Source: Eukaryota sp. GEM-RC1
Taxonomy: Eukaryota
Direction: 5' to 3'
Assembly (NCBI GenBank): GCA_040285855.1
Contig: JAUFOQ010000010.1
Location: forward strand, 62,001 to 126,000
Length of the DNA stretch: 64,000 nucleotides
This document shows, piece by piece, positions 12,793 to 27,308 of the stretch. How positions within the stretch are numbered: the first letter of the stretch is position 1; each line of letters opens with the position of its first letter. Position numbers and translations under genes: made by a program. The notes beneath the pieces were generated by a model. That model had not been told where the DNA came from and did no database searches. It saw nothing but the letters and a program-made list of their open reading frames with translations.

Positions 12793-15700
12793 CTTGAAAG
12801 TTATGTAGAGACTCCACATAAAACAAAAAAAGTTACCAAATACACATGAATCAAATTGCTACCACAATGACCTTTGCTAACCATCTCTAGAGAACATTCG
12901 TCTCTTGAAACAAATCATTACAACCAATCAATCACGTGATTTAGTGATTGCTAGAAGAGATCATGGTGAGTAGAACAGTTAGAAATATTTTTGTGGAGAA
13001 GAAGAAAAAACTTACAGAAAGACGATGAGAAAGAATGAAAGATGAAGAGCAAGGATCAGAAACTGGGGAGTGTCTTGTGATTCCCAGTCATTTGATTGAT
13101 AGAAGAGATCATGGAGGGTGGGACTATGAGAGAGAACCTGGGAAAGGGGAAGACTTACATAGATCAGAACAGAAGCAAGGAACATATGGGAGATTGTTGG
13201 AGATCGAACACAACGGAGAGAAGATGAAGAAGTTTTGATGGAAGAAACGGATGAGGTTCTACGGAAGCAATGAGGAGGGCGTCTACTTATCCTTTTTTCC
13301 TTAGAAGAAATTGGAGGGAGGAGAATGTATAGTCTGGCTTCTCTATCAGTCAACTCACTTGAGTTGGATTGAGAGTGTATCTAATGTCTTGGTTCGGGTG
13401 ATAACTGTTCTCTACTTCCATACTGAACAGTCATATTCTTGACTTGTAATATCATCTTACTTTCATGTCTACCATATTTGAACATTTCATCGGCTTATGA
13501 TTCGTCAAAGTCTATAACATCTCGTAATCGCTACACAAGTCAGCGTGCGGTTCACTGTGAGAACAACTATTGACTATTAAAATCCCTGAACAAGGAATGA
13601 CTTGGGAAAAGAAACAGAAACAAAGTGCTTGAAAACCTTGACTTCGGGAAAGAAAGTTCTACATGATCTAATACTCTCAAGCTTCAACTGTCCCACGTAA
13701 TCAACTTTCTTGTAGAATGTACGTTACATTGAAGAGGAGTCTCTTGAAATCTGAGGCACAGTACCAAAACATTTGGTATCGTGACATTCATCAACGTGTA
13801 GGTCATTGTTGATGTTGTCTTATGACCTACAGTGAGGTACTGGAAGCATTTCAAAAGATCAAAAGAATGACTGGCTGCAACTGATTTGAATAAGAGATAT
13901 CACCTTCAGTAGCAGGAGAGGACAAAGTAGCGTCCGTGATGGCAGAAGTTAGTTTAATCACTCAAAAGAGTATATTCTGGTATTGACTCCCTCTCAATTA
14001 AAAAAAGAAGTCAGAAGAAGTCTTCTCTTAGGTAACGGGGGTTCAGTTCATCTAAGACTGCTGATTTTGTTTCTTGATTGATGAATCACGTGATTTATTT
14101 AGAGGATAGATTGGCCAGTCCAACTACTTTGGCCAGTACTTGGTAAGATTGGGTCAAGATGACTTAAGATTGGGACAACTGGTTTTGTTTAGCTTTTTCA
14201 ACAAAGTGTTTTCCCTTCAAGTGAGATAGAAGGTCCATTTCTTCATAGCAAAAGAACTTGCAAAAGAACTAATTTGCTGGGAACGTAAAATTGTATTTAT
14301 TTCAGTCTAGTTTAAGTGACTGTCCTAATGTCCTTTAAGTATTCATTTAAGATTGGGATGTTGTTATATCAAGGCAGTTTATCTAGTAATTGGCATTCAA
14401 TTTAAAGTGGTCATTGCACTGTATGACGTGACGTGTCTTTCATTTATAAAACGACGTCCAAGCCTTCTAAGATCTTATATCCAGACAGTGTGTTCTAAAC
14501 TCCCAACTGCTACGGATACCAAGAAAACGTCATCATGATTCGTCATCAAGATTCACTTTACGAATGTTGAAACTTTGGTTTGTATTTCGGATATTAGATA
14601 TTTGAACTGTTCATAGAGTTGGCATGTATCTACAGAACACCTCTGTTCTTTCTAATATGTTATGTGGCTTTTTTTATAACTGTTTTTGGAAATGACAATC
14701 ACTTGTTGATGTCTTCATTAAAAACGTTTTTAAATGTTTTAACCTAAAGTTTTCTTCAGCTACATGTCCACAACTACTAGGACTTAATCTAAAACGTTCT
14801 TTCACTCACATATACTCCGTCACTAGGATCATAAATGACAAAGAAAAAAAGTGCTCAAGTATAAGCTTGAAATCAATGGTCATAGATTCCACTCAGATTT
14901 AATTGTAGAGAGAATCACCTAAAAGGTCCAAGACGACTGTTAAAAGGAAACCAAAGAAAAATCAGTCACATCTTCGTTCCTTTACAGATCCTCTCAGTAG
15001 TAAAGATGCTTTTTTATATACGTCTTTGCATTATGTAATCGAAAGAACAAATCAACACGCAAGTTTTTGTCTTAATTAGTCACCTTCTGTTGTATTTAGA
15101 AGTTGGTACCAGCCACATTTTTCATGAAAATACCTAAAGTTTAACTAACTCGTAGATTAGACTGGACTGGCCATCACTGCATAACAAAAGTTAAAAGTTG
15201 AGCGACAGAAGTCCATTATTTTCATCTATTTATTTATCGATAATCAGTTTAGAATTTTTTTACAATTTCATAAATTATACATGTGACTCCTTGTATTACA
15301 CGTCAAGTCTCCATTTTGGATTGACTATTGTATCCAAATTGCATTCCAGATTAAATTTTAAAAAGTAAAAGAAATTACAACTAGATTTAAGTTCCAGAAT
15401 TTGATAAGCGTGTATCTTTTATAAAGGATTTACAATGAATTAGGAATTCCATCTGTTACAAACTTCAACTTGATTCATTGAACCCAAGCGACTTTATTCG
15501 TCGAACTCCATAGATATCTTCTTGGCTAATATAACAAGATTCAAAATTGACGGATTTGGAAAATGTCAAGTACATTTAAAACTTGGTGGTTTATTGGGTT
15601 CTCACCAACAATTTGACCATTCTGAAAATTGGTTTTATCAGTCTGTGCAAAGGAATTCAAATAAACAAATATTGAGACGTGTATGATTAATAATACTGTC

Positions 15701-18127
15701 AACATAGGTAAATGTTTCAAAATTTCTAAAACATACTGATACAGACAACTCAGAAACTACAGGCTTTTCACCAAACCGTTTGTTGACAAACATAGTTAAG
15801 CCTAAACTCATTTCAAAGGTTGAACCAAACCTAAACCTGCAAAGTCCTATCAAATACCATACAAAATTGTAGCTCTGTAGCAGTAGCGGACTTTGTATCT
15901 GTTTGTGTCGGACAATTATGGGTACATGTGGGTCGTTTTTGCTCCTATATTTTATAGAGTAAGTTACGACGGGGCTTAACCACAGAATTTAATTCAACAA
16001 CTAATATTCACTGTGAACACTACTACAGTGATACTACAACTAGTACTAGTACAACTGTTCAATATCCATAACATTCATTTTGTCACTTTGATACTCATAC
16101 ACTAGTACTACCAGGTCAAAATGAAAAACATTTCCAAACCAATATATAACTTCTCAAGATCATCAGTTACGGTTTTAAAAGTGGAAAAAACCGCAAGTTA
16201 TGTTCCGCGCCCTATGACGAACTGAAATACCCACCTTCACAGTCGTTGTAAGTTTCATCACTCTTGTTTAGCTCATCTCATCGTATCATCTGGTAGAAAC
16301 GAAAACTCAGTGAGGTGTATGAGGCAGTTCGATTCAGCCGTTGCTGACTCTGAACCAAAAACATTCTACAATTTAAAAAATGACAAAACGTCAATCTTGT
16401 TCGTCAATCTTCTTATCATAATGAAATTCAGAATTTAAATAGCATGGTTTTTGAATGAAATGTTGATGTTACATTATTGGATATGTTTAAATATGGCAGT
16501 TATGTAGCAGCAAAACATTAGACAACAGTTCTACATAACATTCACTCCGATCACGACCAAACTGGATTTTTTTGATATTTCTGTTAGCGATCTGGTTTAC
16601 CGGTCACTTAGAATCTACGTCTTACAACAAAACTCAATATGTACTCCTACATTTATATAATTTAATTTATTTAAACCTGGTTTTACCGTTGTCCCAAATG
16701 CTTGTAATGGTATCTTTCCTTGCCATTTTAGTCTACAGTGCAGTCAAGTTTGCAGAAAACACTAGTACTGTTTTCTGAAACCAATAGAAAAACAAAATTT
16801 CTCGCATAATGTATTGCTTTAAGCCTGAAGTAATCTTGAACCTGTTATTAACTATACTGTATTTCAATTTCAACAGGAACAAACACACTGAATTGTATTA
16901 CTCTCAAACAAATACTGTCACTTTCGAAATGTTCAGTCGTAATTGTATTAGAAAGCAACACAGGGCAATGAAGAAACCGGAAACAAAATTTTTACTAATT
17001 ATTCACGACTAGTTTCGGACATTTAAAAAATTACGTTTTCATCTTTAGTTTGCGAACACAGTGATTTTGATGAAATAGAACAGTTTCAATATATTTCTTA
17101 ATTTTCCTTAATTTTTCACCTAGACTCCGACTACAGAATCTTGTTCTTCCACTTCACGGCCCCGGACCTCCCTTCATCAGCTGTTTCTTAGACCAGTAGT
17201 TGTTTTGCTCTTTATCTTTGATCCTTCATCACCGTCTTATTCAGATTATGGTTCTGTTGCTCTACATCATCTTTTGTGATTTGATGAATCCCACTGAAAA
17301 ACTGAAAACAATTTATTGACATGACTTCTTATTGTAGTTTTTAACAGACATTTTGTCGTCAAAAATGTGCTTTTATGGAAGCTTTATGCGGTTGAGTTCA
17401 TAAATTTGGTATGTTTCCTCATATTTACTATTGAAAATCAGTGACCATTGTATAAAATCAATACTCATGCGACACTTACACATACACTTCATGTGAAGAT
17501 TCAAGTGTGACCAGGCTGAGATCTAGAATATCTTCTTGATCAAGCTACTAGTAGTATACAACAATTATTAATTTTGATTTCCTGCTCTTCATGATTTGAA
17601 GAGTTGGAAATCTATTCTTCCTGTGATGCCGAAATGTCAAATCCCTCACATATACGGTCTTCTTCTTGATGCTAACCTTTGATTATCGCTCGTGTATTTG
17701 GCTTGATAATCTCCTCATAATTTGAAATGCCGGTGTAACACTTCCATTTACCCACTTGAAAAATCAGCTGTCAAAGGAAAACTTTCCTGAAGTAATGTTG
17801 AGCAAAGTCTAATGAAGAAACTAGTGGTAATGATAAGAAAAAACAACTTTTACACGTTAACGAGTCAGAATCATTAACCACTCAGAAGGTCTGGGATTGG
17901 ACAAAATTTGTTAACGGAAGTAGCTCTTGTACTAATCGGTTGACTTCTCTTGAAATACTATGTTTGCGTGGCAAGTTAATACAAGATTAGCTATGGAGAA
18001 GTGCTTTTCTTTGAAAAAAATCGCAGAGACACTTGTCAGTTTCTGGCAATACTGGTACTGTAGAACTGGGATTAGAATTTATTACGTTAAACGTTGTTCA
18101 GGATTTTCAGCTTGGTGAATTGTCGGA

Positions 18128-19476
18128 TTGACTTTCAGTGAGATTTATTGTTTCTTCTGTATCAGTTTGTTGGATATTCCTTCAATCGCGCTGAATCTTT
18201 GTAGGTCTTTTAACGAGTTGACGATCAATATTATTGCTTCATTGTTAGAGGTTGATTCAACGTTACTTAGAAGTCACTTGTTTACTTCTGCTCATTTTGG
18301 TAGTATGGGATTTACAAAATCTTCAATTCTTCGCAAATCCTCATTTTTAGGGGGCGGAAAAAATTCATTGTTCAATTTGTTATTCGATTTCCTAATGATA
18401 TTTCACTTATTAACCCCAGGTCCTGTAAATATTAATTTGACTTAAACGAAGCGTTGATCAAATTACCTTTTGACGTTTGGTCTCAATGTTTCACAGAATC
18501 TTTGTCTGAAATACCTGATAGATGTTTGACTAATCTTCAGTTTTGTCTGAAAAAATTACAACAGAAACTAACAAATATTTTTGAAAGCTTGGATTATAAT
18601 GTTCGACTTGGCACGGAAAAGACAAAAATCACGTTTTTGCAAATTTCATACTGGATGATTCAAATAGCTCTGCTTCATGTCTGATTACTCAAATCCCTCG
18701 CGTTTACGGTCTTGTTCTTGATGATAACTCTTAGTCATTAAACATGCGTTTACGGTCATACATTTGGCCTGATAACCTTCCAAATAATTTGAAATGCCAA
18801 TGTGAGCAATCTGTAGCACCTACACATTTATTGAATTGTAACCGTTTTATTTCTTTTTAGAAGTAGGGTTCATGATTCTGTAAGGGATCAATTATACTGT
18901 TTGTGTAAATCTTACGGAATAGTTTCCTTTTATGAACCTGTTCTGGCTGGTTTGTTTGATGTTACAGATGTCGACAAATCGTTTGGAAATAGCCGTTGTG
19001 ATGTCATATTTCCTGGTCTCGATGGATCATTCATTATCGACGTTTGTAATGGTTCCAACAAGAAACTTGCTAAATCTAATGCTAAAAACCCTTTGTTGAT
19101 TGGTGAAAAATTTAAAATGGAAAAATATTGTGCTAAATTGAAACTATTGAATTCGGCTTCACACTCTAATTACTTGTTGTACTCTTTTGTAATTTCACTG
19201 TATGGTTCCTTAGGTGAATCTGCAACCTTATTACTTGAAATATTTGTGCATATTGTAAAAGAAAAATAAATCTAGGACTTTTGATCTTAGATTTTGGAAA
19301 AATCGAATCGTGATTGCTATCTTTAAAGGTATGTTGACTTCCGTATCTAGCGCTTTATTATCTCTTGGCAGACATTACGAGGATAAGGTTGGTGAGAATT
19401 TCCAAATAGGTAATCTGGACTTTGAGGATATTGATTATTAGATATACGTACAATGTAGTGTTGTTGTCAATAAAAA
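18128..19476 (+). mobile_element. 5'-truncated RLE non-LTR retrotransposon, second subfamily, degenerate
   Basis: FTSAHFGSMG thumb, CQC...HLLNC...VHDSVRDQ knuckle, SRCDVIFP nuclease motif, C-terminus LDFEDIDY* (19441), then AATAAA. Confidence 0.8.
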
Positions 19477-20650
19477 TTTTTGTCCAAATCAAATTTGTTG
19501 GATTCTTTGATATTCAAAGCAAATGAAGTAAAAATTGTTTAAGCTAATACATACATTTTGTTGATATTGAATACATACATCAAACACAATATATCAACTA
19601 TCATCCTTGCTTGGCTATCATCGAAGCTTGGAATTTAACAATCGTATTGGATTGGCTACAATTGAGAGTCCCACATTTTTAGTGATATGACGCTTCGACT
19701 TTGACCACTCGATATCCTCAAAGATATAGTTTCAAGTTGAAACTATATCTTTCAACTCTGAAAAGATCATGAATGGCTTATCAACATTCGTTTGAGTTAG
19801 GTTTATGGCCTGTTGGTCTTCTGCAAAAGTCTACTTGTGTGTGAGGTTCTTCAATAGCCTCTTTCCATCATGTGGTCAACTGACATAAGTTTATTCATAT
19901 TACTCGATTGTTCACAACAGTTTACGTGATCAATGTTTACAATTGTTTAAAAGCAATGGTTTTCATGGGAAAATCGAACCAGTTTTAAATACTTTGTCTG
20001 ACTTATGAGAGATAAGAGTAGATGTGATTTGTTTGGTCCTTGGTTGTCCTCTCAAGAAATAATATTGGACTTTACTACGGCTGATCCTTGTAACTCAAAT
20101 TCTGATAACAAGATTTCAGACGAAAACTATTTAGCTCTTGAAACTGCTGACTGAAAAAAATTAGATCGGTATGATGAATGAATAACAAAGATAACTTCTC
20201 GTCGACACAATCCATTTGATTTCCATTGCTATTTCTCTTTACGGAACGTTTAGCTCTTTCAGACATACATTTCTCACCTCTGCCGGCATATTGTGTAAAC
20301 AGTATGGAAAATTGCTTAATGAAAGTAGCATCTTTAAAAGCAGTGTATAGGTATATTGATTCAATTTTGAAGCACCTCTTTGCGTTGAAACATGAATTTG
20401 AGATGATGTAGAGGTGATGGTAACTCCTTTGTTGATATTGATGTTATTCTGTATTTGTAATCCTAAATTATCGGCGTTTTTTCAATAACATTCAAGTACA
20501 TGTATCAGAGATCTCAGATATGACATCCAGTAGCAATTCATAGCATTAATGATGTGCAATTCACTTCAAATCCAGTGATTCTTAATCGTCACGCATTATA
20601 ATCAACCATTCACTGGAATCTTTCCTTTCCTACAAACAGTTTTTCTTCAA

Positions 20651-22103
20651 ATGTCAATTCCCCCCGAGAAGGTTAACAGCCTTCTATCTGAGTTAATGTC
20701 GCACTATGAAAAGTCCCAGGAAGACAAAAAGGTGTCAGACACCGAAAAGAGCCAACTTCTTACGCAGAGTATGAATCTCTAACACCTCATCTTATCTTAG
20801 TACAGAGCCAAGAGAATGAGCTCACTGCTCTTAGAGAAACCTTTCTTCATTTGGATAACACAGTCCATCAGTTCAAGATTCACTATGATAACTACATCTC
20901 CCATCTTACGCACCTCCTCTCCTCAAACTCTATCCCCTTTCCCTCTCTTGAACAATTCTGCAATTCAGCTCCTGTCAATCAAGAACCTCCTCATAACCCC
21001 GTTACCACTCCCACTGACCCCACAACCTGCTCAGTTGAGCCTGTCCGTCAGCCCTCTCCAGAAAAAAACACCAGAACATCAGTCCACCATTGAACCTACC
21101 CAACCTCCTCAACCCGTACAACCTATCATACACCCTTCTTCTTCCTCCCTCCAAATCATAACCGAAGCCCAATGGAGCTTCAACTCCATCGTCTGCTGCT
21201 CTGCTCTATCTTCTGATGACACCCTGCTTGCCGTTGGCTATCAAGGAGGATTCTCCATCATCAACCTCACCACTACTGGTGAACCTCGTTATTATCCTCT
21301 TATCAGCAACCAATCTCAATCCCCCTTTGTTAGAAGTCTCTCCTTCTCTTCTGATTCCTCTTACATTTGTGCAGCCATGGAAGAACGTCCAATCCTACTA
21401 GTAAGCATTGCTGACGGATCTATTACTGAGCTTGGAGTCCCAAACTCTGGTGTTACTGAGGTCACTGAGTCCTCCTCAATTTGCCACTCTGCTAATGGTA
21501 AGTTCTTCTGTAGTACGGATCAGCAAGTTAAGCTGTGGGATTGTCAGAGTATGAGTTGTGTGGCAGCTTTTGGGTCTGAAGTGTTTACTTGTTGTGAAAT
21601 AGCTCTAAACTCTTCATTTATCATTGCTGGAGCTGATAATGGCAATGTTCTAATCATTGACGTTGCTGAAAAGAAGGTATTACATCAACTATCTGACCAT
21701 GAACGAGCTGTTCATTACGTGAACTTCTCCCCATGTTCAAGCTACTTCGTCACGTCATCATTGGATAATACTTCTAGGGTTTATCATTTTGGTAAGGATC
21801 ATTGCCAGCTAATCACTGTGTTGAGACATCATACTGATTATATTCTTGCTAATTGTTTCCAGTTCGTGTGGTGAGTGGTTGTTCACGTCATCAAAAGATC
21901 AATCAATTTGTGTGTGGGACTGTAAGCAGAATTTCGAACTAAATACTGTTCTAAATGTTCATGATAACTCTGTCATTTCAATGGTTTCTGCAAACTTTGC
22001 TGATTTCTTCATTTCTACAGGAGGAGATCTACAAGTTAAGTTGCATCGAATAGTATCACCAGATACAGAAGAAAATGAGTTGGAACAGTCAGATTCAGTT
22101 TAG
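20651..22103 (+). CDS. Tup1/TupA-like WD40 transcriptional corepressor
   Basis: ATG 20651, intron 20769-20800, N-terminal coiled coil, Pro/Gln linker, WD40 repeats (VRSLSFSSD, VKLWD, SSLDNTSRVY, HTDYIL, SKDQSICVWD, HDNSVIS). Frameshifts near 21065 and 21860. Confidence 0.75.
20769..20800 (+). other. 32-nt spliceosomal intron
   Basis: gtatgaatctctaacacctcatcttatcttag; removal joins the ATG exon in frame (LLTQ-I-QSQENEL). Confidence 0.8.
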
Positions 22104-22584
22104 TTTAAATTTTAAATTCGACCAAATTTGGTTGTTTTCATTTATTATTGTATTTTATTTATAGTTTTGACACTTCTTTTTTAGTACATTATGAGTTTAG
22201 GATCTCTGCAAAATATAAATATAAATAAATAAAATTGACTTGAGGTCATGTATACTCAAACTAAGTGCGAAACTCTCCTTCAGGCCATAGCCAAACAAAC
22301 ACATGATCAACATAACCTTAGAAGTTCATAACATGTTGGATTTAGATATCGGAAGTAAATTTCTTTTGGATGCTTTACAAGATTGCTTTGCTGGTTAAAT
22401 CACTCATTAAGGGGCCTTCCTCTTGTTGTTACTTGTGGTGTCTCAAGAGATTTTAGCAAGATCCGAACCAAGTTTTTGAGTGCATTGATTAGGAATGTTA
22501 ATTAATTCAGTTCACTCATCTCCTTGAACTTTCCTTTGATTCTCTTGTTTATTACTAAATTAATGCACTGTTTAGACACATATA

Positions 22585-23729
22585 CCATGAGGACACCAAT
22601 ACAGTCCCTTTCTAAACATCGTACAAGCCTGAATTTTTCTAGGCTTGTATTGGTAGACTAATGGATGCTTGCTTTACACTAATGGTGTTACTACACTGCA
22701 TACAAAAGAACTTTAAAAGAACTTCTTTGGAAACATCTGCAGGTTGTAGATATGGTGTCAAGTAATAAATTGGAATAATCAGGTAATCGATGTTCTCTCT
22801 ACTGTCTAGTTATGGTCTGACCATGACTGACTTATGACAGGGGCCTCATCGAACAACAAAAGGTGTTCGATAGCTAAATAATTTTCGTATTTACTTTAGA
22901 GGAAAAACATATTCAATATATTTAATTATCCTCTCAGAATTCATCCAGCTAAAACTGGAATTATGCTTCATCAAAAGATAACTTCCATCAAGTGAAGCTT
23001 CTAGAGAGCCGTCAACAGGTAACGGTTGATTTTTCTTCGGCGTTGGATGGGGAACGAGCAATAGAGGTCTCTTTTTAGTACCGTTAGCGCTGCATAGGAC
23101 AATTCATGTTAATCTAAATTTTTCGAGGCCGGTTTTGCGAACTGCAACAGACACATTGCCTCTCTGTTCATAAGTGTAGTCAGCTTCGGTATCGAAAAAT
23201 ACGGAGATTTCATCAAAACTGTAGATATCGCCAAGTTCGTAGTCGTTTTGATTGAGCTTATCTTTCAATTTGATAATAAACTCAACCGCCCTTTTTGTCA
23301 TTTCTTCGTGTGGGATTTTCAGTTTAGACGTTACATTGCGTCGTGTATAATCGAATCGTCTGAAACATTTGTAGGCCCATTGCCTACTGTACTGACAAGA
23401 TGTTTGATCTGGATCAAATTCCTTAGCTCATTCTATAAGCTTTGGTCTTGTGACTGGTTTAAGTTCTTCTCTTTCCTGTTTGATTCTCTCTAATAAGAAG
23501 CAGTCTAGTTCAATCCAAGGTTTCCTTCCGGCACATATTCATGGAAGAAGAGTGGATGTAAGAAGATAATGCACCAATGCAACTTTATTTTATCATCAGT
23601 TATATTTAATTTGGATCTACAATAAATAACGACACATTTAACTTCATAGATCGTGCAAGCCTACTATTCTCTAGGCTTGTATTGGTAGAGGCTTGTATAG
23701 GTAGAAGGCTTGTATTGGTGTCTCTACTA
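22585..23729 (-). mobile_element. pogo/Tigger-type DNA transposon remnant
   Basis: DDD motifs IYSFDE, HLLLFDEA and TPYLQPADV on the minus strand; inverted ends sharing gacaccaataca; repeated ggcttgtattgg. Confidence 0.8.
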
Positions 23730-23899
23730 TAGGTAACGTAGGATGAAGTATTCCAATATTGTTATTCATTTTGGAAGCCGTTTCTGAAACAGTTCCAGAT
23801 ATTGTTAAGAAAAATGATTTATTTGCTTCACTGGCAGGATCCAAACGAAGACATCAAGGTGATAGAGAAAGAGTATTCAGCGAAGAGCCGGAAGCGCAA

Positions 23900-24640
23900 G
23901 TAAAAGCGGAAAAAGAAGGTTGTTGAATGCAAGTGTATACAGAGTTGAACAAGTATATCATAGAACAATCCAATATATTGTCAATGCAATATTTCCAACC
24001 CCTGAATATATTACAGTGACGTATCTGTGCAACCCGGCTACTATCATAGGACAGATAAACTCAAACTTCTGTACATGTGCGTCCAGCAGCAGGATCCCCT
24101 CAGGCAGAAAACCATTAGTAAACAAAAGAAGCATATAGTTTTTAATAGCGTATATTTTATCTACGATTCCCAACTCATCCAATGTGGACTGAAGTACACC
24201 TGAACTATGTGATGCGCTGTGTAAAAACGGCAAAGAGTCAACAGCGATCACCATCGATTCCAGTGTACCGGTTTTCCCAACATAATGGATGGTCACTTTT
24301 AGAAATGGTTCATTTGAGTTCAATAATGGAAGGTCAAATTTTCGAATGGAATTTACTGTGGAGGGTTTTGCCTGAGAACACCCGCTTCCAAAGTGTTGTA
24401 TTTCCAAGACGGAGATATAGTCACTGTTCCTCCAATACATCGAGTTTCTAATAAACGGCGACAATATTTCTGAAACTCCTTAATTCAATAGAGTTAGCTG
24501 CCATGTTTGAAGACATGAAGAACGTCTCATGATACTGCTAAACGCTCGCTATGTTTACGTGCAAAGGTTTAACCTTCAATTTATTTCCAAGTGAATTAAA
24601 CATTTGGTTGATAATGATGGAATTTCTTTTGACTTCATTA
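23900..24640 (-). mobile_element. hAT transposase remnant
   Basis: FLKVTIHY and ELGIVDKIYAI segments typical of the hAT catalytic core; multiple disruptions. Confidence 0.5.
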
Positions 24641-24647
24641 TTGTATT

Positions 24648-25359
24648 CAGGGCTGTTCAAAAATAATTGCATTTTGCAATAACTGCAATAATGATGTATT
24701 GCAGTATTGCAATACAGTATTGCACATGGTTGGATTATTGCAGTATAATATTGCGTGTGATTCGGTATTGCAGTTATTGTAAGCAATAGTCAGCCGATTT
24801 CTGGACACATTCTCTTGATTTTTCCTTGATATACTACTAGTAGTATGGTGTATTCATAGCTAATATTATGATTAATTGGCTGGTGTTGTTAAGGTCAGTG
24901 TATAATCTAATGGGTAACTAAGATGATGGATTTGAAAAGACGAATAAAATCAGCTGAGTCATTAGTTGTAGGGTCATACAAGTAAAGCAACCAAATTCAG
25001 CGATCAATGATGTCTCAGCAAATCCACAGTAAGAGATCCATACGATTTTCCATCTGAAACATGGAGTTTTTTCTTCCAAAGGAAGAGTATCAGTGGGGTA
25101 TTCAATTTGCTGAAATAGTTGCTCATTGGAAACTGGTTTTGTAATCAATATATTGATAAATACACTATATGTAGAATATATTTAAAGATGAAGAGATATG
25201 TGAAGAAACAGAATGTGTCGTTGAAAAATATTGCAATACAGTATTGCAGCAGGACCAATTATTGCAATACAATATTGCAACTACATATAGTATTGCAGTA
25301 CAGTATTGGTGGAAAAGAACAAGGTGCAATACATTGCAATTATTTTTTGAAGAGCCCTG
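24648..25359. mobile_element. Non-autonomous hAT element, 712 bp
   Basis: Ends CAGGGCTGTTCAAAAATAATTGCA / TGCAATTATTTTTTGAAGAGCCCTG; perfect TSD attgtatt (24640-24647, 25360-25367); ATTGCA subterminal repeats. Confidence 0.92.
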
Positions 25360-25599
25360 ATTGTATTCATACGGCAGACAAACCTGTTTCAGTTATAGTC
25401 TATAACTGAAACATGTTGATATTTCGACAACACATTCCACTTATCTTCTAGATGTCATCGATGTCTAATTCACTGATGTCAGATTCGTCATTTTGATCTT
25501 CATCATTTGGGAACCGCTGTAGTACCTTTTCGACCAATTACATGTCCCAATACTTTCTGGTATATGAGAGGAACAGTTGTTGTTCTACTGAACTCTATT

Positions 25600-26520
25600 G
25601 TAAACGGCGACGCTGAGAATTAATCACCCGCTTAACCTGTGAAAACACCCGTTCTGCAACATTTTTGAACTGCAAAGACCTAGTAAAGACATTAGCAGTC
25701 TCAAGAGTCTGTATTAAGTTTCGAAGTGTCTTCTTCGACATTGTTTGATGAGAGTGATCTGACATCTACATCAAAGACATCAAAGACCTTCAGGTCAGAA
25801 AATTGTAAATACCTTTTGAACAGCATGTAAGTACTACTCCATCATGTTACGTATCGTTTAACGGGTTTAGACCTGTTTTTGTTCTCATAAGACGTTCATT
25901 AGAATCAATAATTTTCTTCACTTCCAAAGCTAGGCGATGGCTGTAATAGCCAATCATTGGCACACCGAGACGGACTGCAAGAGCTATGTTGACTGATGAA
26001 TGATCACCCACAATAAGCAGCACAGCTTCAGCTTTTTGTGAAAATGCAGTTCGAATAGTGACAATCAAGTCGTCATAGTTAGATACACCCAAAATATCAG
26101 TGGATGCAGGAATGATAGCATTGTTCTTCCTGATAGCATTGTTCAAAACGCAGAAAATCCAGAAGAATGGGGCCAACTTTTTGGAAGCGCAAACAAGAAT
26201 GGCTACAAATTCAGTGGAGGAGGGGCCGTGTTTTGTATCAAAAGGTAAACCAAATCGCTTAGAAAGCTTCGATTTCAACACTTCAATAGTTTCAGTGTAC
26301 ACCAATCGTACACATTTCTTGAGTGCATTTGTGCAGATGGGTTCTAACTTCGTGTGTTTGCAAACTGTTGGATTTTTCACAAGAGCCAAAGACTCCTGGT
26401 TTCTGTATAGAGCTCCACCGATTAGATTCCTAGCTTTTTTCGAGAATTGGAACAGCAAATTGAGCAATACAGCAAATATTTTCTGGATGTTCGCAGATTC
26501 AAAACTTTGATACTCATCAA
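25600..26520 (-). mobile_element. hAT transposase remnant
   Basis: IVGDHSSVN...MIGYYSHRLAL (degenerate CxxH region) and AERVFS dimerisation motif near 25645. Confidence 0.7.
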
Positions 26521-26750
26521 GATGATCAGTTTTGGTTAATGTGAGGGTAATGTATTTTGGTTAATGGTTTGAAGTACTAATACAGTATCTGTTTTCTTAA
26601 TTTTCAGAGAGAAACAAGGTGAAAATAATTCGTATGAAACTACATGTACAATAACGTGTGGTTAATAAACATGGATAGATACTTCCAACCAAAAGTTATT
26701 TTTATCATACACTAACACAAAAATTCAAAACAATAACTAAATTTCAATCA

Positions 26751-27308
26751 TTAAATTGACGGAGATCCGTCTTTTGAAAGATACAGACATCCATCAGATC
26801 CTACAACAACATGTCTTTCCTTAGTTAAATACTTCAACATATCCTCTAATGTGGTGACCGATATATTCAATTCCTTAGCTCTACCAAACATTGAGCAATT
26901 ACCAAACTTGTCCAATGCCGCAACTCTTCCCCTAGCAGCAGAAACCAATAAATTAGGCCGCGACGGTGGTCCCTCATCAATGATGTTCCAGAGGATATCT
27001 CTAGTAAGTGCAAGTTTCTTCTTACTACCCACTATGGAGTCAGGAATGACTGTGAGCGACGAGCGGCGTACCTTTTTAGGAGTTTTTGGGGTTGTACTCC
27101 TACGTTTCATAGTTTCAGGAGGTGGACTTGGTGATGCGTCTACAACTATTGTGGTATTGTCTGCAATAGAGTCAGTTTCTGGGTCGTTGGTTTCTTCTGG
27201 TTCAGAAGGAACAAGTTTAGTAACAAACTTCTGAAGGCTTTTAATATCGAAAGAAGTACTGGTAAGTTTACGAATAAGTTCAATCTTCCAATGAGGAACG
27301 GAATCCAT
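26751..27308 (-). CDS. Hypothetical protein, possible C-terminal winged helix
   Basis: Uninterrupted ORF from MDSVPHW with a basic S/T-P-rich middle (RRSTTPKTPKK) and an HTH/wing-like end AKELNISVTTLEDMLKYLTKERHV. Confidence 0.65.
   Translation of the reverse strand: MDSVPHWKIELIRKLTSTSFDIKSLQKFVTKLVPSEPEETNDPETDSIADNTTIVVDASPSPPPETMKRRSTTPKTPKKVRRSSLTVIPDSIVGSKKKLALTRDILWNIIDEGPPSRPNLLVSAARGRVAALDKFGNCSMFGRAKELNISVTTLEDMLKYLTKERHVVVGSDGCLYLSKDGSPSI

Noticed and set aside
16268..16348. tRNA gene (TAGCTCA...TGGTAGA and GTTCGATTC boxes)
   Set aside because: No acceptor or anticodon stem pairing; at most a decayed remnant.
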